NCBI GenBank assembly: GCA_001600695.1
Contig: BCKQ01000013.1
Span: 377,996 to 441,995 of the forward strand
Length of the DNA stretch: 64,000 nt
Direction: 5' to 3'
From: Ascoidea asiatica JCM 7603
Lineage: Eukaryota; Fungi; Ascomycota
The notes under the pieces are model-generated. The model ran no database searches. It was not told where the DNA came from and saw only the letters and a list, made by a program, of their open reading frames with translations. Of the stretch, positions 63,139 to 64,000 are shown in pieces (within the stretch, counting starts at the first letter, position 1; each line of letters opens with the position of its first letter). The translations under genes and the position numbers were made by a program.

Positions 63139-64000
63139 ATGAGAATGAAGGCGACGGTAATGCCTGACCCACCAAATGGGGGCGAATCTCTGATGATCAA
63201 AGGCCCACTTAATACTGGTTTATCACTTTTGCAAATTAAAGAAGAAGTCAATCTAGTAGATTCCTCTTCCAATGCAAACTTTGTCTTAGATACTGGTGCT
63301 TCAACTCATGTTGTCAATTCAATCGAGTTGCTTGCAGACCAAAGAGAATCAAACACTTTGGTGAAAGGAATCAATGGACGAGAGATATTTAAAACTGAAG
63401 GAACTTTCAAAATTGGATGTCTTCAACTCAATGAGGTGAAGTTGTTACCCAATGCTCCTAGAAATATCATTTCCATGGGAAAGCTATCAGAAAGCGGTTA
63501 CAAAATTGAAATTAAAGACAAATTGTGCTCAATTTATCATCAAGAGAAGCTTATATTTGAAACAGTTATGCAAAACTATTTGTGGCATTTGGACCTCAAT
63601 GATGTTTCTACTGAAATGGTGTTTAATGCTGATACTTCTACAACTACTGATTCAGGTGCTCAAACTGCTGTTTGCGATGAAACTCTTCAATTTCACAAAA
63701 ACAACGGACATTGCTCATTTAACCAATTCAAGTCGTTAAATCAATCTGCTGAAGTCAAATACCTCGATAATGACATTCATGCTGCTTTGAAGAGATGTGA
63801 AGCTTGTGTTTCAATTGTACCTAAAAGTACAATTAGAAAGTCAAAGGAAGCTAAACAATTGGTTACTGGTGAATATATCGTTGCTGATCTAATTGGTCCC
63901 ATTAACAACTCTTATGGATTGATTGTAACTGAAGCTAATTCGCACTTTGTTGTTGCTTATGTTCTTACTTCTAAGTCTCAAGCTACTGACAAACTAATTG
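63139..64000 (+). CDS. Ty1/copia pol polyprotein (protease, GAG-pre-integrase/HHCC, start of integrase core); open to window end
   Basis: Stop-free frame from 63121: FVLDTGASTHVV, VKLLPNAPRNIISMGKL, FHKNNGH...CEAC, GEYIVADLIGP; PR-IN order is copia-type. Missing from the ORF track because no stop lies in the window. Confidence 0.92.
   Translation, partial: MRMKATVMPDPPNGGESLMIKGPLNTGLSLLQIKEEVNLVDSSSNANFVLDTGASTHVVNSIELLADQRESNTLVKGINGREIFKTEGTFKIGCLQLNEVKLLPNAPRNIISMGKLSESGYKIEIKDKLCSIYHQEKLIFETVMQNYLWHLDLNDVSTEMVFNADTSTTTDSGAQTAVCDETLQFHKNNGHCSFNQFKSLNQSAEVKYLDNDIHAALKRCEACVSIVPKSTIRKSKEAKQLVTGEYIVADLIGPINNSYGLIVTEANSHFVVAYVLTSKSQATDKLI

Overview
AT-rich budding-yeast (Saccharomycotina-like) nuclear DNA. 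Only the first 3.5 kb holds normal host genes: the 3' end of PHO91 (+) and an intact RDS2 Zn2Cys6/PAS transcription factor (-), arranged tail to tail. The remaining ~60 kb has no recognisable host gene and is a nested transposon graveyard. It contains two near full-length hAT relics plus hAT fragments, a piggyBac, a MULE, a Ulp1-protease-linked Ginger-type integrase, several Ty1/copia relics (one with an open pol frame running off the right edge), and at least five solo-LTR families, several with 5-bp target-site duplications. The layout suggests a regional centromere or other heterochromatic domain (inference). Two signals are not explained by standard annotation. (i) The hAT family carries outward-facing tRNA-like Pol III cassettes (A box, B box, oligo-T) in both subterminal arms. 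(ii) A six-copy ~2.2-kb element has shared end motifs and an unknown ORF, but no recognisable transposase or RT. All alignments were done by eye; no database searches were run.
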